Shown: positions 1 through 12,260 of the stretch, piece by piece
Position numbering within the stretch: the stretch's first letter is position 1
How the letters are laid out: each line of letters begins with the position of its first letter
Source of the DNA: Heterodontus francisci
Lineage: Eukaryota
DNA: 64,000 bases
Assembly: GCF_036365525.1 (NCBI RefSeq)
Contig: NW_027142279.1
Location: 992,001-1,056,000, forward strand
Direction: 5' to 3'
Notes under the pieces: model-generated
What the model was told of the DNA's origin: nothing
Database searches by the model: none
The model's input: the letters and a program-made list of their open reading frames with translations, nothing else
Position numbers and translations under genes: made by a program

Positions 1-89
1 GTCATTCTCCTGACACGAGCACCATCCTGTTGACCTGATGTGTTTTTCTCCATGTCTCACTTTGCAATGTCTCCCTCCCTTTAATACAG

Positions 90-3000
90 AACCCGTGACT
101 TCCCAAACGCAGGAATCCGAGGAACAATCGACTAGAGAATCTACTGAGGTTTCATCCTCCACCCCAGCGGGCTCTGGAAGCTCAGGTACCTGCCTTGTGG
201 TGTTATCATCGCAGAATCATGGAATCAGAGACTGGTTACAACACAGAAAGAGGCCATTGAGCCCATCGTCACCGTGACAGCTGTATGCCTGTGCAACGCA
301 CCTACTCCCAGTCCTGCCAATTCCCCATCTCCCAGCAGATTGATTCTCCGATGACAATTTTCCAATTCCCTTTTGAAGGCCTCAATTGAACCTGCCTCCA
401 GCACACTCTCAGGCAGTGCATTTCAGATCCTAACCACTCGCTGTGTGAAAAGATTTTCCTGTCTCTGTTGTGACTTACATCACTCACCTAAAACCGGTGC
501 CCTCTAGTTCTGGATCCTCCCACCAATGGGACTGAGGGGAGTGGGACATAGTTACTGAGGGGAGAGTGATGCAGTGACTGAGGGGAGAAGGTTGCACTGA
601 CCGAGGGGAGTGGGATATAGTGACTGAGGGCAGTGGGACATAGTGACTGAGGGTAGTGTGATACAATGACAGAGGAAGTGTGATACAGTGACTGAGAGAG
701 TGTGATACAGTGACTGAGAGAGTGTGACACAGTGACAGAGGGAAGTGGGATACAGTGACTGAATGTGTGGGATACAGTGACTGAGGGGATTGTGATACTG
801 TGACAGCGGGGAGTGTGATACAGTGACTGAGAGAGTGTGATACGGTGACTGGGGTAGAGTGATACAGTGACTCCGGGAGTGTGATACACTGTCTGAGGAG
901 AGTGGGATGCAGTGACTGAGGGGAGTGTGATGCAGTGTCTGAGGGGTGTAGGATAAAGTGAACTGAAGGGAGTGTGATCCAGTGACTGGAGGAGTGTGAT
1001 ACAGTGACTGAGGGGAGTGTGATACAGTGTCTGAGGGTAGTATGATACAGTCACTGAGGGGAGTGCGATGCAGCGACTGAGGGTAGTGTGATACAGTGTC
1101 TGAGGGGGATGTGATACAGTGACAGAGGGTAGAGTGATACAATGACAGAGGAAGAGTGATACAGTGACAGAGGGGAGTGTGATACAGTGGGTGAGGGGAG
1201 TGTGATGCAGTGACTAAGGGGAGCATTATACAGTGACTGAGGGGAGTGTGATACAGTGACTCCGGGAGTGTGATACAGTGATTGAGGGGAGTGCGATAAA
1301 GTTACGGAGGGGAGTGTTATACACTGACTGAGGGGATTGGGATACAGTGACTGAAGGGAGTGTGATACAGTGACTGGAGGAGTGTGACACAGTGACTGAG
1401 GGGAGTGTGATACAGTGTCTGAGGGTAGTATGATACAGTCACTGAGGGGAGTGCGATGCAGCGACTGAGGGTAGTGTGATACAGTGTCTGAGGGGGATGT
1501 GATACAGTGACAGAGGGTAGAGTGATACAATGACAGAGGAAGAGTGATACAGTGACAGAGGGGAGTGTGATACAGTGGGTGAGGGGAGTGTGATGCAGTG
1601 ACTGAGGGGAGCATTATACAGTGACTGAGGGGAGTGTGATACAGTGACTCCGGGAGTGTGATACAGTGATTGAGGTGAGTACAATAAAGTTACGGAGGGG
1701 AGTGTTATACACTGACTGAGGGGATTGGGATACAGTGACTGAAGGGAGTGTGATCCAGTGACTGGAGGAGTGTGATACAGTGACTGAGGGGAGTGTGATA
1801 CTGTGTCTGAGGGTAGGATGATACAGTCACTGAGGGGAGTGCGATGCAGCGACTGAGGGTAGTGAGATGCAGTGTCTGAGGGGGATGTGATACAGTGACA
1901 GAGGGTAGAGTGATACAATGACAGAGGAAGAGTGATACAGTGACAGAGGGGAGTGTGATACAGTGGGTGAGGGGAGTGTGATGCAGTGACTAAGGGGAGC
2001 ATTATACAGTGACTGAGGGGAGTGTGATACAGTGACTCCGGGAGTGTGATACAGTGATTGAGGGGAGTGCGATAAAGTTACGGAGTGGAGTGTTATACAC
2101 TAACTGAGGGGATTGGGATACAGTGCCGGAAGGGAGTGTGATACAGTGACTGAGGGCTGTGGGATGCAGTGACTGAGGGGAGTAGGATACAGACACTGAG
2201 GGGAGTGGGATGCAGCGACTGAGGGTAGTGTGATACAGTGACTGAGGGGAGTGTGATACAGTCACTGAGGAGAGGGGAATGCAGCGACTGAGGGGAGTGG
2301 GGTACAGTGACTGAAGGGAGTGTGATACAGTGACTGAGGGGTGTGGGATGCAGTGACTGAGGGGAGTAGGAAACAGTCACTGAGGGGAGTGGGATGCAGC
2401 CACTGAGGGTAGTGTGTTACAGTGACTGAGGGGAGTATGATACAGTCACTGAGGAGAGTGGAATGCAGCGACTGAGGGGAGTGTGATAGAGTGACTGAGG
2501 GGAGTGTGATACAGTGACTAAGGGGAGCATTATACAGTGGCTGAGAGAGTGTGATACGGTGACTGGGGGAGAGTGATACAGTGACTGTGGGGAGTGTGAT
2601 ACACTGTCTGAGGAGAGTGGGATGCAGTGACTGAGGGGAGTGTGATGCAGTGTCTGAGTGGTGTAGGATACAGTGAACTGAAGGGAGTGTGATACAGTGA
2701 CTGGGGGAGTGTGATACAGTGACTGAGGGGAGTGTGATACAGTGTCTGAGGGTAGTATGATACAGTCACTGAGGGGAGTGCGATGCAGCGACTGAGGGTA
2801 GTGTGATACAGTGTCTGAGGGGGATGTGATACAGTGACAGAGGGGAGAGTGATACAATGACAGAGGAAGAGTGATACAGTGACAGAGGGGAGTGTGATAC
2901 AATGGGTGAGTGGAGTGTGATACAGTGACTAAGGGGAGCATTATACAGTGACTGAGGGGAGTGTGATACAGTGACTCAGGGAGTGTGATACAGTGATTGA

Positions 3001-6000
3001 GTGGAGTGCGATAAAGTTACGGAGGGTAGTGTTATACACTGTCTGAGGGGATTGGGATACAGTGACCGAAGGGAGTGTGATTCAGAGACTGAGGGGTGTG
3101 GGATGCAGTGACTGAGGGTAGTAGGATACAGTCACTGAGGGGAGTGGGATGCAGCGACTGAGGGTAGTGTGATGCAGTGACTGAGGGGAGAATTATACAG
3201 TGACTGAGGGGAGTGTGATACAGTGACTCAGGGAGTGTGATACAGTGATTGAGTGGAGTGCGATAAAGTTACGGAGGGTAGTGTTATACACTGTCTGAGG
3301 GGATTGGGATACAGTGACTGAAGGGAGTGTGATCCAGTGACTGGAGGAGTGTGATACAGTGACTGAGGGGAGTGTGATACAGTGTCTGAGGGTAGTATGA
3401 TACAGTCACTGAGGGGAGTGCGATGCAGTGACTGAGGGTAGTGTGATGCAGTGTCTGAGGGGAGTATGATACAGTCACTGAGGAGAGGGGAATGCAGTGA
3501 CTGAGGGGAGTGGGATACAGTGACTGAAGGGAGTGTGATACAGTGACTGAGGGGTGTGGGATGCAGTGACTGAGGGGAGTAGGATACAGTCACTGCGGGG
3601 AGTGGGATCAGCGACTGAGCATAGTGTGATGCAGTGACTGAGGGGAGTATGATCCAGTCACTGAGGAGAGTGGAATTCAGTGGCTGAGGGGAGTGTGATA
3701 GAGTGACTGAGGGGAGTGGGATACAGTGGGTGAGGGGAGTGTGATGCAGTGACTAAGGGGAGCATTATACAGTGACTGAGGGGAGTGTGATACAGTGACT
3801 CCGGGAGTGTGATACAGTGATTGAGGGGAGTGCGATAAAGTTACGGAGTGGAGTGTTATACACTAACTGAGGGGATTGGGATACAGTGACTGAAGGGAGT
3901 GTGATACAGTGACTGAGGGCTGTGGGATGCAGTGACTGAGGGGAGTAGGATACAGACACTGAGGGGAGTGGGATGCAGCGACTGAGGGTAGTGTGATACA
4001 GTGACTGAGGGGAGTGTGATACAGTGACTGAGGGGAGTGTGATACAGTCACTGAGGAGAGGGGAATGCAGCGACTGAGGGGAGTGGGGTACAGTGACTGA
4101 AGGGAGTGTGATACAGTGACTGAGGGGTGTGGGATGCAGTGACTGAGGGGAGTAGGAAACAGTCACTGAGGGGAGTGGGATGCAGCCACTGAGGGTAGTG
4201 TGTTACAGTGACTGAGGGGAGTATGATACAGTCACTGAGGAGAGTGGAATGCAGCGACTGAGGGGAGTGTGATAGAGTGACTGAGGGGAGTGTGATACAG
4301 TGACTAAGGGGAGCATTATACAGTGGCTGAGAGAGTGTGATACGGTGACTGGGGGAGAGTGATACAGTGACTGTGGGGAGTGTGATACACTGTCTGAGGA
4401 GAGTGGGATGCAGTGACTGAGGGGAGTGTGATGCAGTGTCTGAGTGGTGTAGGATACAGTGAACTGAAGGGAGTGTGATACAGTGACTGGGGGAGTGTGA
4501 TACAGTGACTGAGGGGAGTGTGATACAGTGTCTGAGGGTAGTATGATACAGTCACTGAGGGGAGTGCGATGCAGCGACTGAGGGTAGTGTGATACAGTGT
4601 CTGAGGGGGATGTGATACAGTGACAGAGGGGAGAGTGATACAATGACAGAGGAAGAGTGATACAGTGACAGAGGGGAGTGTGATACAATGGGTGAGTGGA
4701 GTGTGATACAGTGACTAAGGGGAGCATTATACAGTGACTGAGGGGAGTGTGATACAGTGACTCAGGGAGTGTGATACAGTGATTGAGTGGAGTGCGATAA
4801 AGTTACGGAGGGTAGTGTTATACACTGTCTGAGGGGATTGGGATACAGTGACCGAAGGGAGTGTGATTCAGAGACTGAGGGGTGTGGGATGCAGTGACTG
4901 AGGGTAGTAGGATACAGTCACTGAGGGGAGTGGGATGCAGCGACTGAGGGTAGTGTGATGCAGTGACTGAGGGGAGAATTATACAGTGACTGAGGGGAGT
5001 GTGATACAGTGACTCAGGGAGTGTGATACAGTGATTGAGTGGAGTGCGATAAAGTTACGGAGGGTAGTGTTATACACTGTCTGAGGGGATTGGGATACAG
5101 TGACTGAAGGGAGTGTGATCCAGTGACTGGAGGAGTGTGATACAGTGACTGAGGGGAGTGTGATACAGTGTCTGAGGGTAGTATGATACAGTCACTGAGG
5201 GGAGTGCGATGCAGTGACTGAGGGTAGTGTGATGCAGTGTCTGAGGGGAGTATGATACAGTCACTGAGGAGAGGGGAATGCAGTGACTGAGGGGAGTGGG
5301 ATACAGTGACTGAAGGGAGTGTGATACAGTGACTGAGGGGTGTGGGATGCAGTGACTGAGGGGAGTAGGATACAGTCACTGCGGGGAGTGGGATCAGCGA
5401 CTGAGCATAGTGTGATGCAGTGACTGAGGGGAGTATGATCCAGTCACTGAGGAGAGTGGAATTCAGTGGCTGAGGGGAGTGTGATAGAGTGACTGAGGGG
5501 AGTGGGATACAGTGACTGAGGTGAGCGTGATACAGTGAAAGAGGGAAGTGGGATACAGTGACTGAGAGAGTGTGATACAGTGACAGAGGGAAATGGGATA
5601 CAGTGACTGAATGTGTGGGATACAGTGACTGAGGGGTGTGTGATACTGCGACAGCGGGGAGTGCGATACAGTGACTGATAGAGTGTGATACAGTGACTGG
5701 GGGAGAGTGATACAGTGACTGAGGGGAGTGTGATACAGCGACTGAGAGAGTGTGATACAGTGACAGAGGGAAGTGGGATACAGTGACTGAATGTGTGGGA
5801 TACAGTGACTGATAGAGTGTGATACAGTGACTGGGGGAGTGTGATACTGCGACAGCGGGGAGTGCGATACAGTGACTGATAGAGTGTGATACAGTGACTG
5901 GGGGAGTGTGGTACATTGACTGAGGGGAGTGTGATACTCTGTCTGAGTAGAGTGGGATGCAGTGACTGAAGCGAATATAATGCAGTGACTGAGTGGAGTG

Positions 6001-9000
6001 TGATACATTGAATGAGGGGAGTGTGAGACTCTGTCTGAGGGGAGTGGGATACAGTGAACTGAAGGGAGTGTGATACTGTGACTGGGGGAGTGTGATACAG
6101 TGACTGAGGAGAGTGTGATACACTGTCTGAGGGGAGTGGAGTGCAGTGACTGAAGGGAATATAATGCAGTGACTGAGGGGAGTGTGATACAGTGCCTGAG
6201 GGGCGTGTGTTGCAGTGGCTGAGGGGAGTGTGATACAGCGACTGAGGGGAGTGTGATACAGTGACTGAGGGGAATGTGATAAAGTGACTGAGGTGAGTGT
6301 AATGCAGTGACTGAGGGGAGTGTGATAGAGACTGAGGGCAGCATGATGCTCAAACTCAGGAATCCGAGGAACAATTGACTAGAGAATCTACTGAGGTTTC
6401 ATCCACTACCCGAGCGGGCTCTGGAAGCTAAGGTATCTGCTTTGTGGGGTTATCATCGCAGAATCATGGAATCAAAGACTGGTTACGGCACAGAAAGTTT
6501 CTGTTCAGCCCATCTTCACTGAGCCAGCTCTCTGGCAGTGCAACTCACCTACTCCCACTCCTGCCATTTTCCTGTCGCCCTGCAGATTTTTTCTGCCATG
6601 ACAATTATCCAATTCCCTTTTGAAAGCCTCAATTAAACCTGCCTCCAGCACACTCTCATGCAGTGCATTTCAGATCCTAACCACTCGCTGTGTGAAAAGG
6701 TTTCCCTGCCTCTGTTGTGACTTTTACCACTCACCTAAATGCGTTGCTCTCTAGTTCTGGATCCTCCCACCAAGAGGAACAGTTTTTCCCTGACTACTCT
6801 GTCCAGTTCCCTCTTGATTATGAACATCTTGCTCAAATCTCGTCTTAATCGTCTCTTCTCCACGGAGAACAGCCCCAGCTTCTCCGATCTATTCATGTCA
6901 CTGACGTCCCTCATCCCGGGAACCATTCTGGTAAATCTTCTCTGCACCCTCTCGAATACCTTAACATCCTTCCTAAGTATTAGAACATAGAACATACAGC
7001 ACAGAACAGGCCCTTCGGCCCACAATGTTGTGCCGATCCTTTGTCCTCTGTCAAGGACAATTTAATCTATACCCCATCATTCTCCTTTATCCATATACCT
7101 ATCCAAAAGCCTTTTGAAAGTCCCTAAAGTTTCTGACTCAACAACTTCCCCGGGCAAGGCATTCCATGCCTCGACCACTCTCTGGGTAAAGAACCTTCCC
7201 CTGACATCCCCCTTATATCTCCCACCCTTCACCTTAAATTTATGACCCCTTGTAACGCTTTGCTCCACCCGGGGAAAAAGTTTCTGACTGTCTACCCTAT
7301 CTATTCCCCTGATCATCTTATAAACCTCTATCATGTCACCCCTCATCCTTCTCCTTTCTAATGAGAAGAGGCCTAGAATGTTCAGCCTTTCCTCGTAAGA
7401 CTTATTCTCCATTCCAGGCAACATCCTGGTAAATCTCCTCTGCACCCTCTCCAAGGCTTCCACATCCTTCCTAAAATGAGGCGACCAGAACTGCACACAG
7501 TACTCCAAATGAGGCCTTACCAAGGTCCTGTACAGCTGCATCATCACCTCACGGCTCTTAAATTCAATCCCTCTGCTAATGAACGCTAACACCCCATATG
7601 CCTTCTTCACAGCCCTATCCACTTGAGTTGCAACTTTCAATGATCTATGCACATAGACCCCAAGGTCTCTCTGCTCCTCCACATGCCCAAGAACCCTACC
7701 GTTAACCCAGTATTTTGCATTCATGTTTGTCCTTCCAAAATGGACGACCTCACACTTTTCAGGGTTAAACTCCATCTGCCACTTTTCAGCCCAGCACTGC
7801 AACCTATCCAAGTCCCTTTGCAGACGACAATAGCCCTCCTCGGTATCCACAACTCCACCAACCTTTGTATCATCTGCAAATTTACTGACCCACCCTTCGA
7901 CTTCCTCATCCAAGTCGTTAATAAAAATCACAAACAGGAGAGGACCCAGAACTGATCCCTGCGGCACGCCACTGGTAACTGGGCTCCAGGCTGAGTATTT
8001 ACCATCTAAGACCACTCTCTGCCTTCTATCAGTTAGCCAATTCTTAATCCAACTGGCCACATTCCCCACTATCCCATGCCTCCTGACTTTCTCCATAAGT
8101 CTACCATGGGGGACCTTATCAAATGCCTTACTAAAATCCATGTACACCACATCCACTGGTTTACCCTCATCCACTTGCTTGGTCACCTGCTCAAAGAATT
8201 CAATCAGGCTTGTGAGGCATTGACCGCTCTCTCGACCTGTCTTGCCACCTTCAATGATTTGTGCACATGTCCCCCCAGGTCCCTCTGCCCCTGCACCTCC
8301 TTTAGAATTGTAGCCTTTATTTTATATTGCCTCTCGTTCGTCCGACCAAAATGAATCACTTCACAATTCTCTGTGATAAATTTCATTTGCCAGTGTCTGC
8401 CCATCCCACCAGCCTGTCTATGACCTCCTGACGTCTATCACTGTCCTCCTCACAGTTCACAATACAACCAGGTTTTGTGTCATCTGCAGAATTTGAAAGT
8501 GTGCCCTGTACGCCCCAGTCTATGTCATTAATATATACATCAGGAAAAACAGTGGTCTGAGCAATATTAGAGAGCAAAGCACAGATGCACAGAGAATTAG
8601 GAGGGACAGATAACACTGGAGTCGATAAGAGTATCGTATTAGACGGGGGCAGTGGAAGAGGAAAGGAGATAAGCTGTAAATTCAGTTTAATGTGTGTGTA
8701 TATGGATGCACGGAGAGTGGTAAATAAGGTTGTTGAGCTTCAGGCGCAGATAGCCACGTGGAAATATGATGTTGTGGCAATAACAGGGTCCTGGCTCTAA
8801 GTGGGGCAGGACTGGGTAGTGAATATTCCTGACTACAAGGTGTTCAGGAAAGAGAGGGGAGGAAGGAAAGGAGGAGGGGTATCAGTATTGATTAAGGGGA
8901 ACATTGCAGTGCTGTTTTCTTTTCTCTCTCTTGTTCTCACTCATTCCAGATCTCCCTTACTCTTTTCTGTCTCACTCCTGTCGCCTTCCCTCCTTTTCTC

Positions 9001-11124
9001 TCATTCCTGCTCTCTGTTGTTCTCTGACTCCACTTTCCCCCTGTCGTTTCGCTGATCACTTTGATAATCTCCTGAATTTTCTCTGTTAGTTTTTTTTCCT
9101 TGTCGGAGTCGTAACTGATTCTGCAGCCGATGATGTCTGGTGTCTCCCCTCGGTAAAGGCTGGTATACATTGATTCAGTGTGTCGAGGGAGTTAGATTAC
9201 ATACGAGAGGAGGTTCTGTGTTAAAACACTTCTGTCCACTCATCCAGCGTTCTGAATCCCAGTGAAATTCCTCTTGTCTTTATTTGATCCTCTCAGACTC
9301 GGGGATTCCGTCTACTCCCGAGGAACCTCCCGACTCCCAGCCTGTTTCTGATGATGGTGGGAACATTTCAGATTCTCCACATTTCAGGAATATTAAATCC
9401 CTCCTCCTGTCTCAGTCTGGCACAAATATATCAGGACCGAGGGCCTCCAAACAGCTGTGTGATCGTTCTGTGTAGGGAAACCCATCGTTCTCACTCTCTC
9501 TCTCTGCCTTGTCTGTGCTGTCAGACAAGAGTTGCAGTCGCTTGTGTTCAGTCTGAGTGGAATCATTGGGAAACACAGAAACGTAAACGTTCAGAAATTC
9601 CTTCAGAAATATCTTTGAGCTTCTATCTCACATCCCTCTCTCTCTTACTCTCAGTTTTATCTCTGTCTCTCCTTTATCTGCCTTTCACACGCATATATAA
9701 ATATATTTCATTTCTGTAACCGCCTCTCTCCGATGCGGGTCTCAGTTTCTCCAGCTCCCTCTTTCGCCTCACTCTGTCTCCCACTCTCTCTGATGTTCTG
9801 TCTCCCTGTCTGTCTCTCTGACTCTCACTTTCTCTCTCTGTCTCTCTCACAGATGCTCTTTGTCTGTCTCTCTGTCTTTGTCTTTGTCAGAGGGACAGAG
9901 AGCATCAGAGAGAGAGAGAGAGTGAGAGTGATCGACAGAGACAGAGAAAAGGGCAGTGAGACCGGAGTAAACACGGAATGCAAATGATCTCGGGAGATGG
10001 AACAAGAGGCAACGGAGAAGAGAGTGCAGGATAGAGGATGATAACACAGGGAGGGCAGATTAGAGACAAGACGAGTTGAGATAGAGAGAATAACAGAGAC
10101 AGATGAACAAACGAGTGGATGACAAACTGGAGGAAAGAGAGTTTAAATTAGAGAGGCGAGATCATTCGAAATACGTCCCGTGCCCTGTGCTAAACTCTGG
10201 GTGTGTTCAACCTGTTGATGTTGTGACTGTTGTGTTTAGATACCAAATACAAGAGGATTAATGTGAAGATCACTTCAATGACTGATCTGGATGATGAAAC
10301 TGCAAAGAGAATCGTTGTGGAGAGGGTAAGAGACTGCACTGTACTGAGGAGAAACACGGGAGACAACAGATCCTCCATCTCACTGTCTGTATTCACTGAA
10401 TGGGAACTCCAGGTCATTATTTAAACAGCTCTAATTCCCCTCTGCTTATCTTCTGGTCCCCCAGATCAGGCTTGTGAGGGGTTGAATGGGCTTCCTCCTG
10501 AGCCTGTGTGAAAGGCTCGAGAGCGGGTGAGGGGGCTGAATGGCCTTCTCCTGTTCCTGTGTAAGAACTCGAAAGAGGGGCTCAATGGCCTCCTCCTGTT
10601 CCTGTGTAACAGATTCGAGGGGATGAATGGCCTCCTCGTTGTACGGTAACCTCTCTCTGATCTTCCCTCTCACTCTCCCCATTCTCTCTTTATGTCCTTT
10701 CTATCTCTGTCTCTTTCTCTGCCTCGCTCACCCACTCTGTATTTCTCTTTCTTTGTCTTTCTTTCTGTCTGTGTCTGTCTCTCCCTCACTGCATCTCTGA
10801 CGACCTCTCGCTCTCACGCCATCTGTTTCTCTACCTCTGTCTCAATCCCTGTAGCTCTCCCACCCTCCCTCTCCATCTCTCCCTCTATCTGAGTATCTTT
10901 GCCTCACCCTGTCTCTCACTGTCTTGTCCCCACCCTTTCTCCCGATCTCTGTCTGTATCCTCTCTGTCTCTTTCTATTCACTCCTCCCCTTGCAGTAATA
11001 CTCATCGTTTCTCCTCTCTGCGATGCAGATGAAGCAGATGTTCCAGGATCAGTGTCCACACACGAAGCTCGAATTGGATCCAGAAGACGTTCAGTGCTCG
11101 GCTAGTGCGCCTGTGGAAGTGTGA
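90..11124 (+). CDS. 3' part (4 exons) of GP2/uromodulin-like D8C secreted protein, paralog A; 5' exons lie left of the window
   Basis: AG/GT-bounded, phase-compatible exons 90-185 (EPVTSQTQESEEQSTRESTEVSSSTPAGSGSS), 9297-9356 (DSGIPSTPEEPPDSQPVSDD), 10240-10325 (DTKYKRINVKITSMTDLDDETAKRIVVER), 11029-11124 (MKQMFQDQCPHTKLELDPEDVQCSASAPVEV*). The last three are near-identical to terminal exons of the complete copy at 41851-43700. Confidence 0.75.
210..527 (-). mobile_element. Old CR1-type LINE 3' remnant
   Basis: Minus-strand FSHSEWLG..W-like degenerate CR1 C-terminus and 3' tail; repeated at 6460-6980 and 40255-40775. Confidence 0.65.
528..6350. repeat. 23-bp G-rich satellite array (cagtgactgaggggagtgtgata)n with higher-order repeats
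   Basis: Direct reading of the monomer. ORF-track duplicates reveal a 388-bp period (ORF ends 1226/1614/2002) and a 1786-bp duplication (2417 vs 4203, 3284 vs 5070). Confidence 0.97.
6351..6432 (+). pseudogene. Dead 5'-truncated copy of the stalk exon (pseudo-exon)
   Basis: Aligns to exon 90-185 from caaac onward; original acceptor replaced by satellite; TCA>TAA in-frame stop just before the GT donor. Confidence 0.8.
6982..8218 (-). mobile_element. Young 5'-truncated CR1 (HER1-like) LINE with open RT C-terminal ORF
   Basis: ORF 7077..8186 with YMDFSKAFDKV, GVPQGSVLGP, KFADD, LEYCVQFWSP; (TTCTATG)n tail at 6982-6995; absent from the paralogous site at ~40775; ATT on both flanks. Confidence 0.95.
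8219..8560 (-). mobile_element. Degenerate CR1 RT fragment
   Basis: YINDIDWGVQGTLSNSADDTK, WQMKFITENCEVIHFG in broken frames; paralog at ~40775-41110. Confidence 0.8.
8680..8910 (+). mobile_element. CR1 ORF2 N-terminal AP-endonuclease fragment
   Basis: CVYMDARRVVNKVVEL..YDVVAITGSWL..GQDWVVNIPDYKVFRKERGGRKGGGV; paralog at 41240-41470. Confidence 0.8.
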
Positions 11125-11789
11125 AGGAGTTTGGACATGTCAACAAGCATCCAACACGTGTGATCCAGTCTCTGTGTGTTTTGCATCCTCACTCAATCAC
11201 TGTGCCATCTTATCTTCACCTTGTTTAACTCAAGGAAATTGTCAGCAAAGGGTTAATCTCCGACTAGAAGTATGCTAATGTTATACTGTAATTGGTGTGT
11301 CTTTATACTGCAGGGGTGTGGGAGCTTTAAGCTATTGCTTTGTTAAATAGAGAAGTACGATCCCATTTGTATCCAGTGACCACTGGTCAGCTGAACCCAG
11401 ACTAACCTGACAGCTCTGGCCAGTTACAGGATGAAGTGATCTCAGGTTTAATGAGGGAGTTTCTTTAAAGATCTACCATTGAGTAGAGGTCCCTAAGCTT
11501 CATGGAGCTGTCAGCACTGAGAATTGGGGCAAGGAAAACAGTTCGTCCTTGTCCAAGGAGAACCTCAGGGTAGATAACATCTTTTAAATTGAGGGTTCAT
11601 GCAGAATGGGGGATCGGTTGATGCTGAACTTTGCAGAATCAAAATATATTGAAAAGGAAAGCTTTCATTGAGTACAAAGCATTTATGTGTGGCATATGTC
11701 AAATGTTTAATAACAAAGGAAGGGAGTTATACTGAGCTCAGGAACCTAATGCTGACAACACTCCATCTCAATAACACCTCTGTGAACGC

Positions 11790-12260
11790 TTCCATTGTCT
11801 CTGCTCTGCCACACTGCTTGTCTAACATCCAATACTGGATGAGCAGATATTTTCTCCTACTAAATATTGGGAAGACTGAAGCCATTGTCTGTGATCCTCG
11901 ACACAAATGTCATTCTTGGACCACCGACACCATCTCTGGTACCTGTCTGAAACTGATCAAGACAGTTTTTAGCCTTTGTTGTTGTGTTTGACCCCGAGAT
12001 GAGTTTCCGACCACATATCCACACCATCACCAAGACTGTCCATTTCCACCTCCATACCATCTCTCGACTCCGACCCTGCCTCAGCTCATCTGCTGCTGAA
12101 ACACTAATCCGTGTCTCTGTTACCTCGAGCCTGGACTATTCCAATGCTCTCCTGGCCAAGCTCACATCTTTCACACTTCCTGATCTTATCCTCATACAAA
12201 CATTTGCTGTGTCTTAACTCACTCAGAACCTTGTTCACCCATCCCCCTGAAATGATTGTC
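11790..12260 (+). mobile_element. L2 LINE RT fragment
   Basis: CLSNIQYWMSRYFLLLNIGKTEAIV, FDPEMSFRPHI, SSLDYSNALL; paralog at 44370-44850. Confidence 0.85.

Noticed and set aside
528-6350. CRISPR-like array
   Set aside because: Contiguous degenerate monomers without unique spacers, no cas genes, vertebrate context.
484-6374. Long minus-strand ORFs (SHSPQSLYHTPL repeats), also 34526-40169, as mucin- or extensin-like genes
   Set aside because: Open in several frames simply because the 23-bp satellite lacks stops on that strand; no splice or signal structure.
9127-9152. Micro-exon candidate in gene A
   Set aside because: 26 nt breaks the frame, and the donor context is weaker and shifted in the paralog (~41707).
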